Positions 16,261-26,266 of a DNA stretch of 32,000 bases are shown here, piece after piece. The stretch's first letter is position 1. Each line of letters opens with the position of its first letter. Source of the stretch: Thermoproteus tenax Kra 1 (lineage in GTDB: Archaea; Thermoproteota; Thermoprotei; Thermoproteales; Thermoproteaceae); contig NC_016070.1 in the NCBI RefSeq assembly GCF_000253055.1, positions 240,001 to 272,000 on the forward strand, given 5' to 3'. A program made the position numbers and the translations under genes. The notes beneath the pieces were generated by a model. It made no database searches, had not been told where the DNA came from, and was given only the letters and a program-made list of their open reading frames with translations.

Positions 16261-18309
16261 GTGTCCGCAGTTGAGCTGGCCCAAGAGGCTGTAAAGAACA
16301 AGGTAAAGGACTTTATCTCTTCGAACGAGCGGGTCCTGGACGAGGTCGTAAATATGATAATACAACACAAGCGGAGCCTCGAAGTGGACTTCAACGACGT
16401 TTTGTTGTTCGACAAAGAGCTCGCCGATCTTATCGTGGAGAGGCCGAAGCAGACTCTGCCCATTGCCGACTCAGCGGTGAGGGAGGTCGTGGAGGAGAAG
16501 GACCCCGAGACGGCGAGAAGGCTCAGGCGGTTCTACTTCAGAGTGAAGGGATCGCCATACGCAATACCGCTCAGGCGGCTGAGGTCTGAGTACATCGGGA
16601 GGCTCATAAGGGTCGAGGGCATTGTCACGAGGCAGACTCCGCCCAAACACTTCCTCTACAGGGCATTGTACAGATGTACACAGTGCGGCTACGAGCTGGA
16701 GCTTGTACAAGAGCTGGAGAAACACGTAGAGCCCCCTCCCCGTTGCCCTAAGTGCGGCGCCACAAAGTCCTTTATGTTGGTGACAGAGCTTTCCCAGTAT
16801 ATAGACTGGCAGAAACTGATAGTACAAGAGAGGCCCGAGGAGCTCCCGCCGGGCCAGCTCCCCAGATCTATCGAGGTGATCCTCTTGGACGACCAAGTGG
16901 ATACAGTGAAGCCGGGCGACATAGTCTCGATTACCGGCGTGTTGGACCTCACTTTGAGCGAGCTAAAGAGGGGGAGGCCGCCCATACTGAGCTCCTACCT
17001 CCAGTCGATCTATATAGAGTCCACCAACAAGGAGATGATAGAGGATATAACCCGCGACGACGAGAAGAAGATACTGGAGCTCGCGAGGAGGCCCGACGTC
17101 AGAGACCTAATAGTTAGATCCATCGCGCCATCGATATATGGGCACGAGGAGATAAAGGAGGCCATCGCCTGCCTCCTCTTCGGCGGAAATGAGATCGTCT
17201 ACCCCGACGGCGTCAGAGTCAGAGGCGATATCCACGTGCTACTCGTCGGAGACCCCGGCACTGCGAAGTCCCAGCTCCTCAAGTTTGTGGCGAAGGTGGC
17301 CCCGAGGGCCGTCTACACCACAGGCAAGGGCTCCTCCGCCGCAGGCCTCACAGCCGCCGTCGTGAGGGACAAGCTGACTGGCGACTTCTATCTAGAGGCG
17401 GGAGCCCTCGTGTTGGCCGACAGAGGGGTGGCGGTGATAGACGAGATAGACAAAATGGACGTAAAGGACAGAGTGTCCATCCACGAGGCCATGGAGCAAC
17501 AGACAGTGTCCATAAGTAAGGCCGGCATAGTGGCGACGTTGAACGCCAGAGCCGCTGTGGTGGCCGCCGCAAACCCCGCCTTCGGCCGCTATCTTCCCAA
17601 CAGGACCGTCGCCGAGAACATAGACCTCCCCGTGTCTCTGTTGAGCCGCTTCGATTTAATCTTCGTAGTGAGGGACGAGCCGCAGGAGGACTACGACAAG
17701 GCCGTGGCCGGCCACATACTCGACCTCCACACAGGGTCGCTCCCCGAGTCCTTCAAGGAGATCATAAAGCCGGACCTCCTGAGGAAGTACATAATATACG
17801 CGAGGCGCCACGTCAAGCCTCAGTTGAGCGAGGAGGCGAAGGACAAGATAAGGCAGTTCTATCTGGAGATGAGGCGGCGCTACCAGGGGCCCGGCTCCGC
17901 CATAGCCATAACGGCGCGCCAGCTGGAGGCCTTGATACGTCTGACGATAGCCGAGGCCAAGATGAGGCTCTCGCCCATAGCCACCGCCGAGGACGCCGAG
18001 AGGGCCATAAGGCTCTACTTGGCCTTTCTAAAGTCGGTGGGCATAGACATGGAGTCCGGGGTAGTGGACATAGACTCCGTGATGACGGGAGTCCCCGCCT
18101 CGCGGCGCGAGGCCTATATAAAGCTCTCGGAGCTTATAAGGCGGCTCGAGGAGGCGGCGAAGGGGCCCGTAAAGCTTGAGGTCCTGTTGGACGAGGCTGA
18201 GAAAGCCGGCGTTCCCCGGGCCGATGCCCAGAGGCTCGTGGAACTCATGATAAGGAACGGCGAGCTCTACACGCCGAGGCCCGGCTATGTGAAGAGGATC
18301 AACGGCTAG
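16261..18309 (+). CDS. mcm: Replicative DNA helicase, minichromosome maintenance protein
   Basis: CTQCGYELEL...CPKCGATK zinc-binding module, GDPGTAKSQLLK Walker A, GALVLADRGVAVIDEIDKM Walker B, LSRFDLIF arginine finger, C-terminal wHTH. No intein interruption. Confidence 0.96.
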   Translation: MSAVELAQEAVKNKVKDFISSNERVLDEVVNMIIQHKRSLEVDFNDVLLFDKELADLIVERPKQTLPIADSAVREVVEEKDPETARRLRRFYFRVKGSPYAIPLRRLRSEYIGRLIRVEGIVTRQTPPKHFLYRALYRCTQCGYELELVQELEKHVEPPPRCPKCGATKSFMLVTELSQYIDWQKLIVQERPEELPPGQLPRSIEVILLDDQVDTVKPGDIVSITGVLDLTLSELKRGRPPILSSYLQSIYIESTNKEMIEDITRDDEKKILELARRPDVRDLIVRSIAPSIYGHEEIKEAIACLLFGGNEIVYPDGVRVRGDIHVLLVGDPGTAKSQLLKFVAKVAPRAVYTTGKGSSAAGLTAAVVRDKLTGDFYLEAGALVLADRGVAVIDEIDKMDVKDRVSIHEAMEQQTVSISKAGIVATLNARAAVVAAANPAFGRYLPNRTVAENIDLPVSLLSRFDLIFVVRDEPQEDYDKAVAGHILDLHTGSLPESFKEIIKPDLLRKYIIYARRHVKPQLSEEAKDKIRQFYLEMRRRYQGPGSAIAITARQLEALIRLTIAEAKMRLSPIATAEDAERAIRLYLAFLKSVGIDMESGVVDIDSVMTGVPASRREAYIKLSELIRRLEEAAKGPVKLEVLLDEAEKAGVPRADAQRLVELMIRNGELYTPRPGYVKRING

Positions 18310-18556
18310 TTTGTTCGTAGCGCCGTCCACGCCCCTACCCGATGTACTCGCCTATTTGCGCCGTCTTCGACACTTTTATCGATAAGTAATTGAATGTTAG
18401 CTTTAAGGCCCATCAAATCATACCTATGGATATCATCGTCACTGCTTCATTAACCGCTCCACCGCCCGATAGATAGACGCCACAGCCGAAAGCCTCGCTC
18501 TAAGGCGGCGGCTTTTAAGTTGCAAAACAGTTAAATTCTGAAGCTACGAGGCGCCT

Positions 18557-19351
18557 ATGAACAAGTGGGCCCTTATAATCGCAGCCGTGGGCGTGGTAAT
18601 TATAGCGGGAGCGGTCGCCGCAATTATTGCTATGGGCGGTCAACATCAACAGAACAAACATATCGCCTACTTCTGCGCCGGGGCCACCCCAGCCGTCTTT
18701 CAGGCGATACACCTCGCCGAGGCGGGCGCCCTCGAGGGACAGATAGCGTACGAGGGCCAGACCGTCTGCGTCGGGGTGCAGCTGGCCGAGGGCCAGTACG
18801 AGTACCTCCTCTCGTTGTTGAACTCGAGCATGAGGGTCGGCTCCGGGGGCGTGGCGGTGGTGGAGTACCTGGACCCGACCTGCCCGTACTGCGCTCTGTT
18901 CTACGCGCTGTACGGCGGAGGGCTCGGCTCGTACGTGGAGAACGGCACGGTGACCCTCGCGGTGAGGTACTTCCCGACGCACGTATTCTCGTACTACCAA
19001 GAGGGCCAGTACGAGGCCTTCGACGCAGGCGTCGAGGCCTGGCTCTACTGGCAGTGCGCCTATAGGCAGGGGAGGCTGATGGAGGCCGTGGAGGGGACGT
19101 ACGCCGTAGCCGCGCGCTATATCGAGGACTATCTCAGGACCGGCAACTCCACGGACCTCTCGGTCTATCCGCTGGCCGAGCTGTCCTATCTGTCCCAGAG
19201 CCTCCCGGGGTGCCACGTCAACGCCACGACGGCCCAGCTGGCCCAGCTCGTCCAGTCCGCGCTGGGGCAGGTCTCCTCGGAGGCCCAGAGGATGGGCGTG
19301 CCGCAGAGCATGCTCGGCACTCCGCTGTTTGTGGTGTTCAGAATTAAATAA
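18557..19351 (+). CDS. Membrane-anchored DsbA-like thioredoxin-fold protein
   Basis: N-terminal TM WALIIAAVGVVIIAGAVAAIIAM; active site VVEYLDPTCPYCALFY; cis-Pro-like region MLGTPLFVVF; additional Cys residues. Confidence 0.85.
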   Translation: MNKWALIIAAVGVVIIAGAVAAIIAMGGQHQQNKHIAYFCAGATPAVFQAIHLAEAGALEGQIAYEGQTVCVGVQLAEGQYEYLLSLLNSSMRVGSGGVAVVEYLDPTCPYCALFYALYGGGLGSYVENGTVTLAVRYFPTHVFSYYQEGQYEAFDAGVEAWLYWQCAYRQGRLMEAVEGTYAVAARYIEDYLRTGNSTDLSVYPLAELSYLSQSLPGCHVNATTAQLAQLVQSALGQVSSEAQRMGVPQSMLGTPLFVVFRIK

Positions 19352-19363
19352 TAGTTAATTATC

Positions 19364-20467
19364 GTGAGAAAACGCCTCTATCTATACTCAGCTCTCCAGA
19401 ACTTCGCGAGCTCCCTCTACGGCCCCTTCGTCAGCTTCGTCGCGGCGACTGAGGGGATGCCGCCGTTGTTGTTGGGCCTCGTCTCGTCGGCCGGCACAGT
19501 GTTCAACAACCTCTCGGCGTTTCTAGTCTCGTTCAGAAGATGGAGGCCTATCAACCTCATCACTGCGGCGAACGTAGTGTCGGCGATCGCCTTGATAGCT
19601 ATGGCGATATACACAGACATATACTCCGTCTACGCGTTGGCCTACGCCCTGGTGGCCATGTCGTTGGGCGCCTCGGGCTACGGCTGGTCCCTACTCCTAG
19701 AGCAGTTCACCAGGAGGAGCAGAGGGATCTCCCTAGCCCAATTCTCCTTTTATTCCACGTTGGGCGGCCTCGCCGCCACGCTTATAACGGGCCTTTTGAT
19801 GAGGAACAACCCAATGGCCATAAAGCTCTCGCTGCTAGCCGCCGCAGGCATAACGTTGGCCAATACGGCGCAGCTGAGGAGGCTCGGGGTTAGGTACGAG
19901 GAGGGGGAGAGGCCGCCTGCCTCCAAAATGGATAGAAGGCTGGTCAAGTTCTATCTGGGCACCTTCGTCTTCGTGATAACGTGGTCGTTCGCGTGGCCTC
20001 TCTTCCCTCTGGCGCAAGTCTACATATACCACATGAACGGCCTACAGGTGGCCGTGCTGCAGATTATAACGGTCGTATCGACGTTGGCCTTCCAGAGGCC
20101 CATGGGCGCCTTCGTCGAGAGGCACAAGAGGCTCTCCTTGTTCCTGGGCAGAGCCACCTTTATGACCTGGCCTCTGATCTACGGAGTCGCCAATAACGTC
20201 TACGAGATCTTCATCGCCTATATGTTCTTCGGGTTCGGGGGATCTATATCCAACGTGGCCTATTTCGCCTACGTGGTGGACAACGCCGAGGATAAAAGGA
20301 GGGCGTTGGGCTACTTCAACTTGGTCAACGCCGCCGGCGCCCTAGTAGGCTCCGAGCTCTCCAGCGCGATATTGAGCTACATCCAGCCCAACGAGAGAGT
20401 GATTAGGGAGATGCTCATCGCCAGCGCCCTCGCGAGGCTCGGCGCATCGTTCCTGTATCTGTTGTGA
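19364..20467 (+). CDS. MFS transporter, 367 aa
   Basis: Multiple TM segments with MFS loop motifs (RRWRPINLITAANVV); only 12 nt after the DsbA-like gene, so probably co-transcribed. Confidence 0.82.
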   Translation: MRKRLYLYSALQNFASSLYGPFVSFVAATEGMPPLLLGLVSSAGTVFNNLSAFLVSFRRWRPINLITAANVVSAIALIAMAIYTDIYSVYALAYALVAMSLGASGYGWSLLLEQFTRRSRGISLAQFSFYSTLGGLAATLITGLLMRNNPMAIKLSLLAAAGITLANTAQLRRLGVRYEEGERPPASKMDRRLVKFYLGTFVFVITWSFAWPLFPLAQVYIYHMNGLQVAVLQIITVVSTLAFQRPMGAFVERHKRLSLFLGRATFMTWPLIYGVANNVYEIFIAYMFFGFGGSISNVAYFAYVVDNAEDKRRALGYFNLVNAAGALVGSELSSAILSYIQPNERVIREMLIASALARLGASFLYLL

Positions 20468-20585
20468 CCTTCTGTCCCTAGGCGCCTATCGCCGGCGCTG
20501 CGCCCAAGCGCCCCTCTTGTCCTCGCCCTCGCCGGCGTCTACGATGGCTCCCGTTCCACTCAACGGCGCATCCAGCCCTCGGGCG

Positions 20586-22298
20586 CTATAGGGCCTTCAC
20601 GTCGGCCAAGTCGGCGATGGGGCCCACGTATTCTCTTACAACTCTCTTGACGTCTTCAAGCCTTACCTGCCCCCTTACGGCGGCCACTGGCGCCTCAAAC
20701 TTCATGGGGTCCCTCACTTTGTCCACCACGGCCTCCACGCCCAGGGCGACCTTTATTGCCTCGGCTATCTCGCCCGGGCTTATTCTGTAGCCGTTCACCT
20801 TCAACACGCCGTCCCTTCTTCCGAGGGGAAAGATGTACATATCGTCGTCCATAACGGCGAGGTCCCCAGTGTCGTAGAGCCCATCGAAGACTCTGGGCTC
20901 CAGCGGGAGGGCCGGCCAGGGGGCCTTGACCACTAGCCTCCCCGGTCTCCCCCGCACCGGCCTCCCCTCGTCGTCTACTACGTCCAAATGGAAGCCGGGC
21001 ATAGGCGGGCCGGCCGACGATACCTTGAGCGGCGTGAAGACGTAGTTGGGCAGCTGGCCGGTGAAGAAGGTGCCCATCTCGGTCTGTATAAACGCGTGAA
21101 TCAGAGGGATCCTGCCGCTCAATCTATCCGGCACCGAGTCCACCGCGGGCGTCCTCCCCGTGCCCACATAATAGTACGTCCACTTCCAAGACTCTTCGTC
21201 GAAGGGCTCGGCCGTGGTCACTATTAGGCGGAGGGTGTCCATATTGTGTCTGGCGAGCAGAGAGGGGTCTTGTTTCGATAGATACCTCATTGCGCCCGCC
21301 GTTGTGACAAGGACTGTCACTGCGTACTTCTCCACTATCGACCACCATCTGTCCCACTGAGGATAGTCGGGGCCTCCCTCGTAGACCACAACGGTCGAGC
21401 CCACCATGAACGGCCCGAAAACAAGGTAGGTGACGCCAGTGATCCAGCCCGGCACAACGGTGCAGAAGTAGGTGTCCCTCGGCCTAACGCCGATCCACCT
21501 CGTCGTCGAGAAGGTCTGGACGAGGTATCCGCCGGCCGCGTGGGTCACCGGCTTGGGCCCATCCCTATAGCCAGCGTGGAGGCCGAAGAGGGGGTGCCCG
21601 CTCTCGACGGCGGCCTCCTCGGCCGGCTCGGGCTCGACCTCGGAGAGGAAAACGTCGTTCTTCCTTCTGGCTGTTTGGACCCCCATCCGCTCCACTACCA
21701 AGACTTTGACCGACTCGGGCACAGCTCTGTCCACAGCATCCTTAGTCTTGACGGGCTTCCCCTTGCGCGGGAAGGCGTCCACTGTGACCACCAGCTTGGG
21801 CCCTCTGTTGGCGATCCTCCTCGCCAGTGCGTACCAGCCCCATCCCGTGAATACGGGCTCGAAGGGGGCCCCTATGCGCGCCGAGGCCAACATAAGCGCG
21901 AGAGTCTCTGGAGTCGGGGGAGCGTAGAACACTACCCAGTCCCCTCTGGAGACGCCCAACGCCCTCAAGACGCCCGACATACGCTCCACAAGTTTGTCCA
22001 AATCTGAGTAGGTGTAGGCCCTTACGTCACCGCCCTCGTCCTCCCAGAGCAGGGCCACTTTGTCCCAGACCCAGGTCCCTCTGTGTCTCCCCAGTATGTT
22101 CTCGTAGGGCGAGAGAACGCCGTCTGGAAACCAGACTCTGCCGTCGAAGGCTCTGTTGGGCTTGACCCTCCAGATGAGGTGTTCGGCCTCCCTCATCCAG
22201 AACGAGAAGACGTCCGAGATACTCTCTCTGTATATCCTCTGGAACTCGGCAACAGAGACGGTCTTGTACTTAAGATACGGCGGAATAATGTAGCCCAT
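20586..22298 (-). CDS. AMP-dependent synthetase/acyl-CoA ligase-family protein with degenerate A3 and missing A10 motifs
   Basis: YTYSDLDKLVERMSGVLRALGVSRGDWVVFYAPPTPE, IGVRPRDTYFCTVVPGWITG, FIQTEMGT, YDTGDLAVM and GRRDGVLKVNGYRISPGEIAEAI. Start revised to ATG 22298, with TTTAAAAG about 23 nt upstream. Confidence 0.82.
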   Translation of the reverse strand: MGYIIPPYLKYKTVSVAEFQRIYRESISDVFSFWMREAEHLIWRVKPNRAFDGRVWFPDGVLSPYENILGRHRGTWVWDKVALLWEDEGGDVRAYTYSDLDKLVERMSGVLRALGVSRGDWVVFYAPPTPETLALMLASARIGAPFEPVFTGWGWYALARRIANRGPKLVVTVDAFPRKGKPVKTKDAVDRAVPESVKVLVVERMGVQTARRKNDVFLSEVEPEPAEEAAVESGHPLFGLHAGYRDGPKPVTHAAGGYLVQTFSTTRWIGVRPRDTYFCTVVPGWITGVTYLVFGPFMVGSTVVVYEGGPDYPQWDRWWSIVEKYAVTVLVTTAGAMRYLSKQDPSLLARHNMDTLRLIVTTAEPFDEESWKWTYYYVGTGRTPAVDSVPDRLSGRIPLIHAFIQTEMGTFFTGQLPNYVFTPLKVSSAGPPMPGFHLDVVDDEGRPVRGRPGRLVVKAPWPALPLEPRVFDGLYDTGDLAVMDDDMYIFPLGRRDGVLKVNGYRISPGEIAEAIKVALGVEAVVDKVRDPMKFEAPVAAVRGQVRLEDVKRVVREYVGPIADLADVKAL

Positions 22299-22443
22299 GG
22301 AGAGATAGGCCCCTCTTTTAAAGTTGAGCCTACCTCCGCTATAAGGAGGCGTCAAAAAAAGCTTCCCTCGCGGCGCCGGCCCTCCCTAGAAGGCTGGAGC
22401 CCGCCGATGCCCCTAGGACCTCTGGGCGCCTCCATTTTGCCCT

Positions 22444-22998
22444 CTATCTTTGACTAGAGGCTTGAGGGATCTTCGCCGTCAAGAACGCTATCCCGGCCAA
22501 AATTAGCGCCACGAACAGCAACACTGCGCCGACGATCACTATTGTGAGAACGGCGCCCCAATAGTACAAAGTGCCCGCAGTGCCGAAGAGGCTCTCCCCA
22601 GTCCTCTGGCCCAACACGGCCATGACGCTCTTGAACTTATCCGCCGACAGTAGGAAGAAGACGAAGGCTATCACGAGGACGATTATGAATACGACTATGC
22701 CCAAAAGCGCCATATGTCCAAAGCCGCCCGGAGGAAATAAGGCGAATTCCATCAACGAGAATAGAGAGAAGAGGCTCAGAGCGCCGCCTATAGTCAATAC
22801 CAAGAAGGCTATTATCGCGTATATAAACCACATCACGGAGTCGCTCCTCATCTTCTGATCCCCAAATATATCGGCGAGCGATATGAGCCCCACCAACATG
22901 AGGATGACGCCTATTATGCCAACTATGTGCTCAAAGGCTCCGACTGCCGCCAGAATAGCGCCGACGCCCGCCAGAATCTTCGCGGTCTCTGCGTCCAT
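22444..22998 (-). CDS. DUF996-family membrane protein
   Basis: Several TM segments; AKILAGVGAILAAVGAF...GVILMLVGLISLADIFGD pattern typical of DUF996. Confidence 0.7.
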   Translation of the reverse strand: MDAETAKILAGVGAILAAVGAFEHIVGIIGVILMLVGLISLADIFGDQKMRSDSVMWFIYAIIAFLVLTIGGALSLFSLFSLMEFALFPPGGFGHMALLGIVVFIIVLVIAFVFFLLSADKFKSVMAVLGQRTGESLFGTAGTLYYWGAVLTIVIVGAVLLFVALILAGIAFLTAKIPQASSQR

Positions 22999-23130
22999 GG
23001 CACAACATGTGCTCTATTAATAAAGGATGACGCCGGGCGCAGCCGACGGCCTTTCGGCGAGGGCGCTGGGATCTCCCTAAGGGGCGGGGCCGTCAGGCGC
23101 AAAAGTATATGTATCTCTGCAACTCCATTT

Positions 23131-24243
23131 GTGAGACGCCTCGCCTTAGCGGTCTTGTTGGCCGAGCTTTTGGCCGTCTGGATACTTGCGTCCTCTCTAA
23201 GGCCCGTCCTCCTCAAGCCGTCCGGCGCCGTCAGCTCCGGCATCCCCGGCGGCCTCTCGCTACCCAGCTTGCCCATCCCGATAATTCCAAGCCTGCCGGA
23301 GATCAATGTAACTTTACCCAACATTACTCTGCCCAATATATCTCTGCTCATACCGCCGTTGGCTCTACCCTCTATACCCAATTTTATGAACCTCGGTCTC
23401 GGGCCCGGCCTCGGCGGATTAGGGCTCGGCGGCGCAGGCGGCTTCGGCGCCGGAGCTGGATCGAGCGGCTCTGGCCAGACGGGGGCGAGCCAACCGGCGC
23501 AAGGCGAGGCGCACCCTTTTTCCATCCAGATAGTGGAGTTGAACATATGGCCCCTTTTACTACTGCTGGCGGTGATCGCGGCCTTGGCCGCTGCGGCGGC
23601 GCGCGGCCGGCTGGCCAGAGCCAGATCTAAAGAACCGGGCGAGGCGGAGGCGAGGCCATCGCCGCCTAGGGGGGAGGACCTTCTGGGCCAGCCGCAGACG
23701 GAGCCGGGCGAAGTTGCAGAGGAGCCGCAGATGGCCGTCTGGAGGCCCGCGCCGTTGAGGGGATGGGGAGGCAGCGAGCTCCTATCTCTGCCCATACCGC
23801 CCGATCTGCCGCTCATCTGGGAGTACGGAGCGCCTCTCCCGGCCGAGCCCCGCCAAGGAGCTTCAGTCTCCGTGTCGCCCCCAGGCTCCTTCACCGCCGG
23901 GGCCATACATATGCCGGAAAAGGGATGTTACACTGTAGAGGCGACTGCAGGTATGAAGAGGGAGGCGCACAGAATAAGGGCGGTGAAATACGACGAAGAC
24001 GTCGTCAGCTTGTTCAGACTGAACGCCGGAAGGCTCGCAGGCCCAACTCCCTATACGGCCAGAGAGATAGCGGCCCTCCTCAGAGAGGAGGGCTCGGTGA
24101 AGGACGCCGAAAGCGCTCTGGCCCTCGTGAGGATCTTTGAAGAGGTGAGATACGGCGGAAGGAGGATCGGCAGAGGCAGATATGAGGAGTATCTGAGGGC
24201 GCTCGCCAGAGCTCTAAAGGAGCCCAAGGCGTTGATCTGCTGA
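23131..24243 (+). CDS. Secreted/membrane protein with Gly-rich linker, TM and DUF4129-like cytoplasmic domain
   Basis: Signal-anchor MRRLALAVLLAELLAVWIL, GLGPGLGGLGLGGAGGFGAGAG linker, TM PLLLLLAVIAALAAAAARGRL, C-terminal YTAREIAALLREEGSVKDAESALALVRIFEEVRYGGR. Start revised to GTG 23131 (AAAAGTATATG about 24 nt upstream). Confidence 0.7.
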   Translation: MRRLALAVLLAELLAVWILASSLRPVLLKPSGAVSSGIPGGLSLPSLPIPIIPSLPEINVTLPNITLPNISLLIPPLALPSIPNFMNLGLGPGLGGLGLGGAGGFGAGAGSSGSGQTGASQPAQGEAHPFSIQIVELNIWPLLLLLAVIAALAAAAARGRLARARSKEPGEAEARPSPPRGEDLLGQPQTEPGEVAEEPQMAVWRPAPLRGWGGSELLSLPIPPDLPLIWEYGAPLPAEPRQGASVSVSPPGSFTAGAIHMPEKGCYTVEATAGMKREAHRIRAVKYDEDVVSLFRLNAGRLAGPTPYTAREIAALLREEGSVKDAESALALVRIFEEVRYGGRRIGRGRYEEYLRALARALKEPKALIC

Positions 24244-24244
24244 T

Positions 24245-25288
24245 ATGGCCCGCCCCTCGCTGGCCAAGTACCTCGTCGCATACGCCGCGGTCGTCGCCGT
24301 GTGGCTGGCTCTGCCGGCCCTCGGGCCCGCGGGGAGGGCTCTGTCCCAGTTGATCTTTCTCCCTGCGCTGGCCTATGTGACGCTCTCGCTGGCGGGCGAG
24401 CTACTCGGACGACCCGCCCTCGCACAAGCTCTAAGGTCGGTCGCGGCGCCTTCGACGTCGTTGACCCTCTTCTTCATTGAGCTGAACTCAGTCCTCTCGG
24501 CTTACGCAGGCCTCCGCTCTCCGTTGCTCTCGGGGATACTGGCCGGCCTCGCCGTGCTCTCGGCCGGCCTCGCGCTCAGAAGGTTCGCGGCAAAGTCCTA
24601 TCTCCTTTCCGACAGAGCCGCCCTATCGCTCTCCTACCTCGGGAACTCTCTGACCCTCTTAGGGGTTGCCGACGTGGCCTCCCGATTGCTCCAGCCTCTG
24701 GCGTACCCCTTGGCCCTCCCCTCGCTCGCCTACTTAGCGCTCGCGGCCGTTGTAGCCCTAGGAGGCAGGGCGGGCCTCTCCAGCCTCGCGGTGCGGAGGA
24801 TATCCGGCATAGTAGTCCTTGCGGCCTTCGGCATAGGGGCGCTCTACGCCGTCGTCTCTCTCCCGCAGTTGGCCCCGCTGGCCCCCTACGTCTTCGCCTC
24901 TATGTTGGTGTTGGCGGGCGGCGCCTCGGCCTACGCTGCATACCGGCTGTATATGAGCAGCTCCAGAGTGATAGAGCGCGTGATGTTGGAGCTCTACGAG
25001 GCGCACAAGAGAGAGATCAGAGTGATACCCACGCGGGACTACCTACGTCTTGAGGAGGCCGTCAGAGACTTCGTAGCCGGGGGCAGAAGGGAGAAGCTTG
25101 TCGCCTATCTTGCCTATTCGCTGGCCCAGCTCGATATAGAGTACGAGGAGGTTATGAGGAGGCTCGCCCCCCTCATTCAATACTGGGCCGACCCCATCTG
25201 TTACTACCCCGGGAGGGCGGCCCTCGAGGGAGAGGTCAAGAGAAGGATCGACGTAGTCAACTCCGTGTTGTCCAACGCCTTTACGTGA
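24245..25288 (+). CDS. Polytopic membrane protein of unknown function with C-terminal soluble helical region
   Basis: Multiple TM segments followed by an Arg/Glu-rich region; sits 1 nt after the DUF4129-like gene. Confidence 0.75.
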   Translation: MARPSLAKYLVAYAAVVAVWLALPALGPAGRALSQLIFLPALAYVTLSLAGELLGRPALAQALRSVAAPSTSLTLFFIELNSVLSAYAGLRSPLLSGILAGLAVLSAGLALRRFAAKSYLLSDRAALSLSYLGNSLTLLGVADVASRLLQPLAYPLALPSLAYLALAAVVALGGRAGLSSLAVRRISGIVVLAAFGIGALYAVVSLPQLAPLAPYVFASMLVLAGGASAYAAYRLYMSSSRVIERVMLELYEAHKREIRVIPTRDYLRLEEAVRDFVAGGRREKLVAYLAYSLAQLDIEYEEVMRRLAPLIQYWADPICYYPGRAALEGEVKRRIDVVNSVLSNAFT

Positions 25289-25318
25289 AATATTTTTAGT
25301 CCCGGAGCCATCGGAGGT

Positions 25319-26266
25319 GTGTCCTCTCTTCAAGAGGTGGCCGGCAGAGCCTCCGCAGTTCTCGGCGAAGTCGAGAGGTACTTCGTCGGTAAAAGGGAGG
25401 TTCTGGAGAAGGTGTTGGCCGCGATCTTCGCGGGCGGACACGTCTTGCTCGAGGATGTGCCGGGCGTCGGCAAGACGATTCTCTCCAAAATGCTCGCGAG
25501 AGCGCTCGGCCTCAAATACAGCAGAATACAGTTCACGCCGGATCTTCTGCCGAGTGACATCTTGGGCACTAAGGTCTGGAGGCAGGAGAAGGGCTCGTTC
25601 GAGCTCGTGTTGGGGCCGATCTTCGCCAACTTCGTCTTGGCCGACGAGATAAACAGAGCTCCCCCCAAGGTCCAGTCGGCTTTGCTCGAGGCGATGCAGG
25701 AGGGACAGGTGACCATCGAGGGGGAGACCGTAGAGCTCCCCAGACCCTTCGTGGTAGTTGCCACTCAGAACCCCATAGAGTTCGAGGGCACTTACCCGCT
25801 GCCCGAGGCCCAGTTGGACAGATTTATGATAAAGATCAAGCTGGGCTACCCCGAGGATGAGGCGGAGCTCTTGAGGAGGAGGATCTCGTGGCGCACCGAC
25901 GACCCCTCGGCCAAAGTATCGCAGGTGTTCACGTCGGACGAGCTCATGAGAGTGAGGCAGCTCATCGAGGAGAGGGTGTCCGTTGACGACGACGTAACGA
26001 AATATATAGCGAGCTTTAGGGCGATAAGGCGCGATCCCCGCGTGGCCGCCGGGCCCAGCCCCCGCGGCCTCATGTCGTTGATGAGCCTCGCAAGAGCCCT
26101 CGCCGCTTTGGAGGGGAGGGACTACGTTGTGCCGGACGACGTCAAAAAGGTGGCTGTAGAGGCGCTGGGGCACAGAGTGATCTTAAAGCCGGAGGTAGCT
26201 CTGGAGGGAGTCAGCGGGGAGGACGTAGTTAGAGAGTACTTGTCCAAATTGCCTGTGCCGAAATGA
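25319..26266 (+). CDS. MoxR-type AAA+ ATPase
   Basis: GHVLLEDVPGVGKTILSKMLARAL, FTPDLLPSDILG, FVLADEINRAPPKVQSALLEAMQEGQVTIEG and ATQNPIEFEGTYPLPEAQLDRF. Confidence 0.95.
   Translation: MSSLQEVAGRASAVLGEVERYFVGKREVLEKVLAAIFAGGHVLLEDVPGVGKTILSKMLARALGLKYSRIQFTPDLLPSDILGTKVWRQEKGSFELVLGPIFANFVLADEINRAPPKVQSALLEAMQEGQVTIEGETVELPRPFVVVATQNPIEFEGTYPLPEAQLDRFMIKIKLGYPEDEAELLRRRISWRTDDPSAKVSQVFTSDELMRVRQLIEERVSVDDDVTKYIASFRAIRRDPRVAAGPSPRGLMSLMSLARALAALEGRDYVVPDDVKKVAVEALGHRVILKPEVALEGVSGEDVVREYLSKLPVPK

Noticed and set aside
16261-18309. Possible intein in MCM, a frequent insertion site in archaea
   Set aside because: Walker A, Walker B and arginine-finger regions read straight through with no Hint-domain block.
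20467-20585. A shifted frame downstream of the acyl-CoA-synthetase gene (...GLDAPLSGTGAIVDAG...) as the lost A10 motif
   Set aside because: Only vaguely similar to PKTRSGKI and lacks the essential lysine; not strong enough to call a frameshift, though worth testing by alignment.
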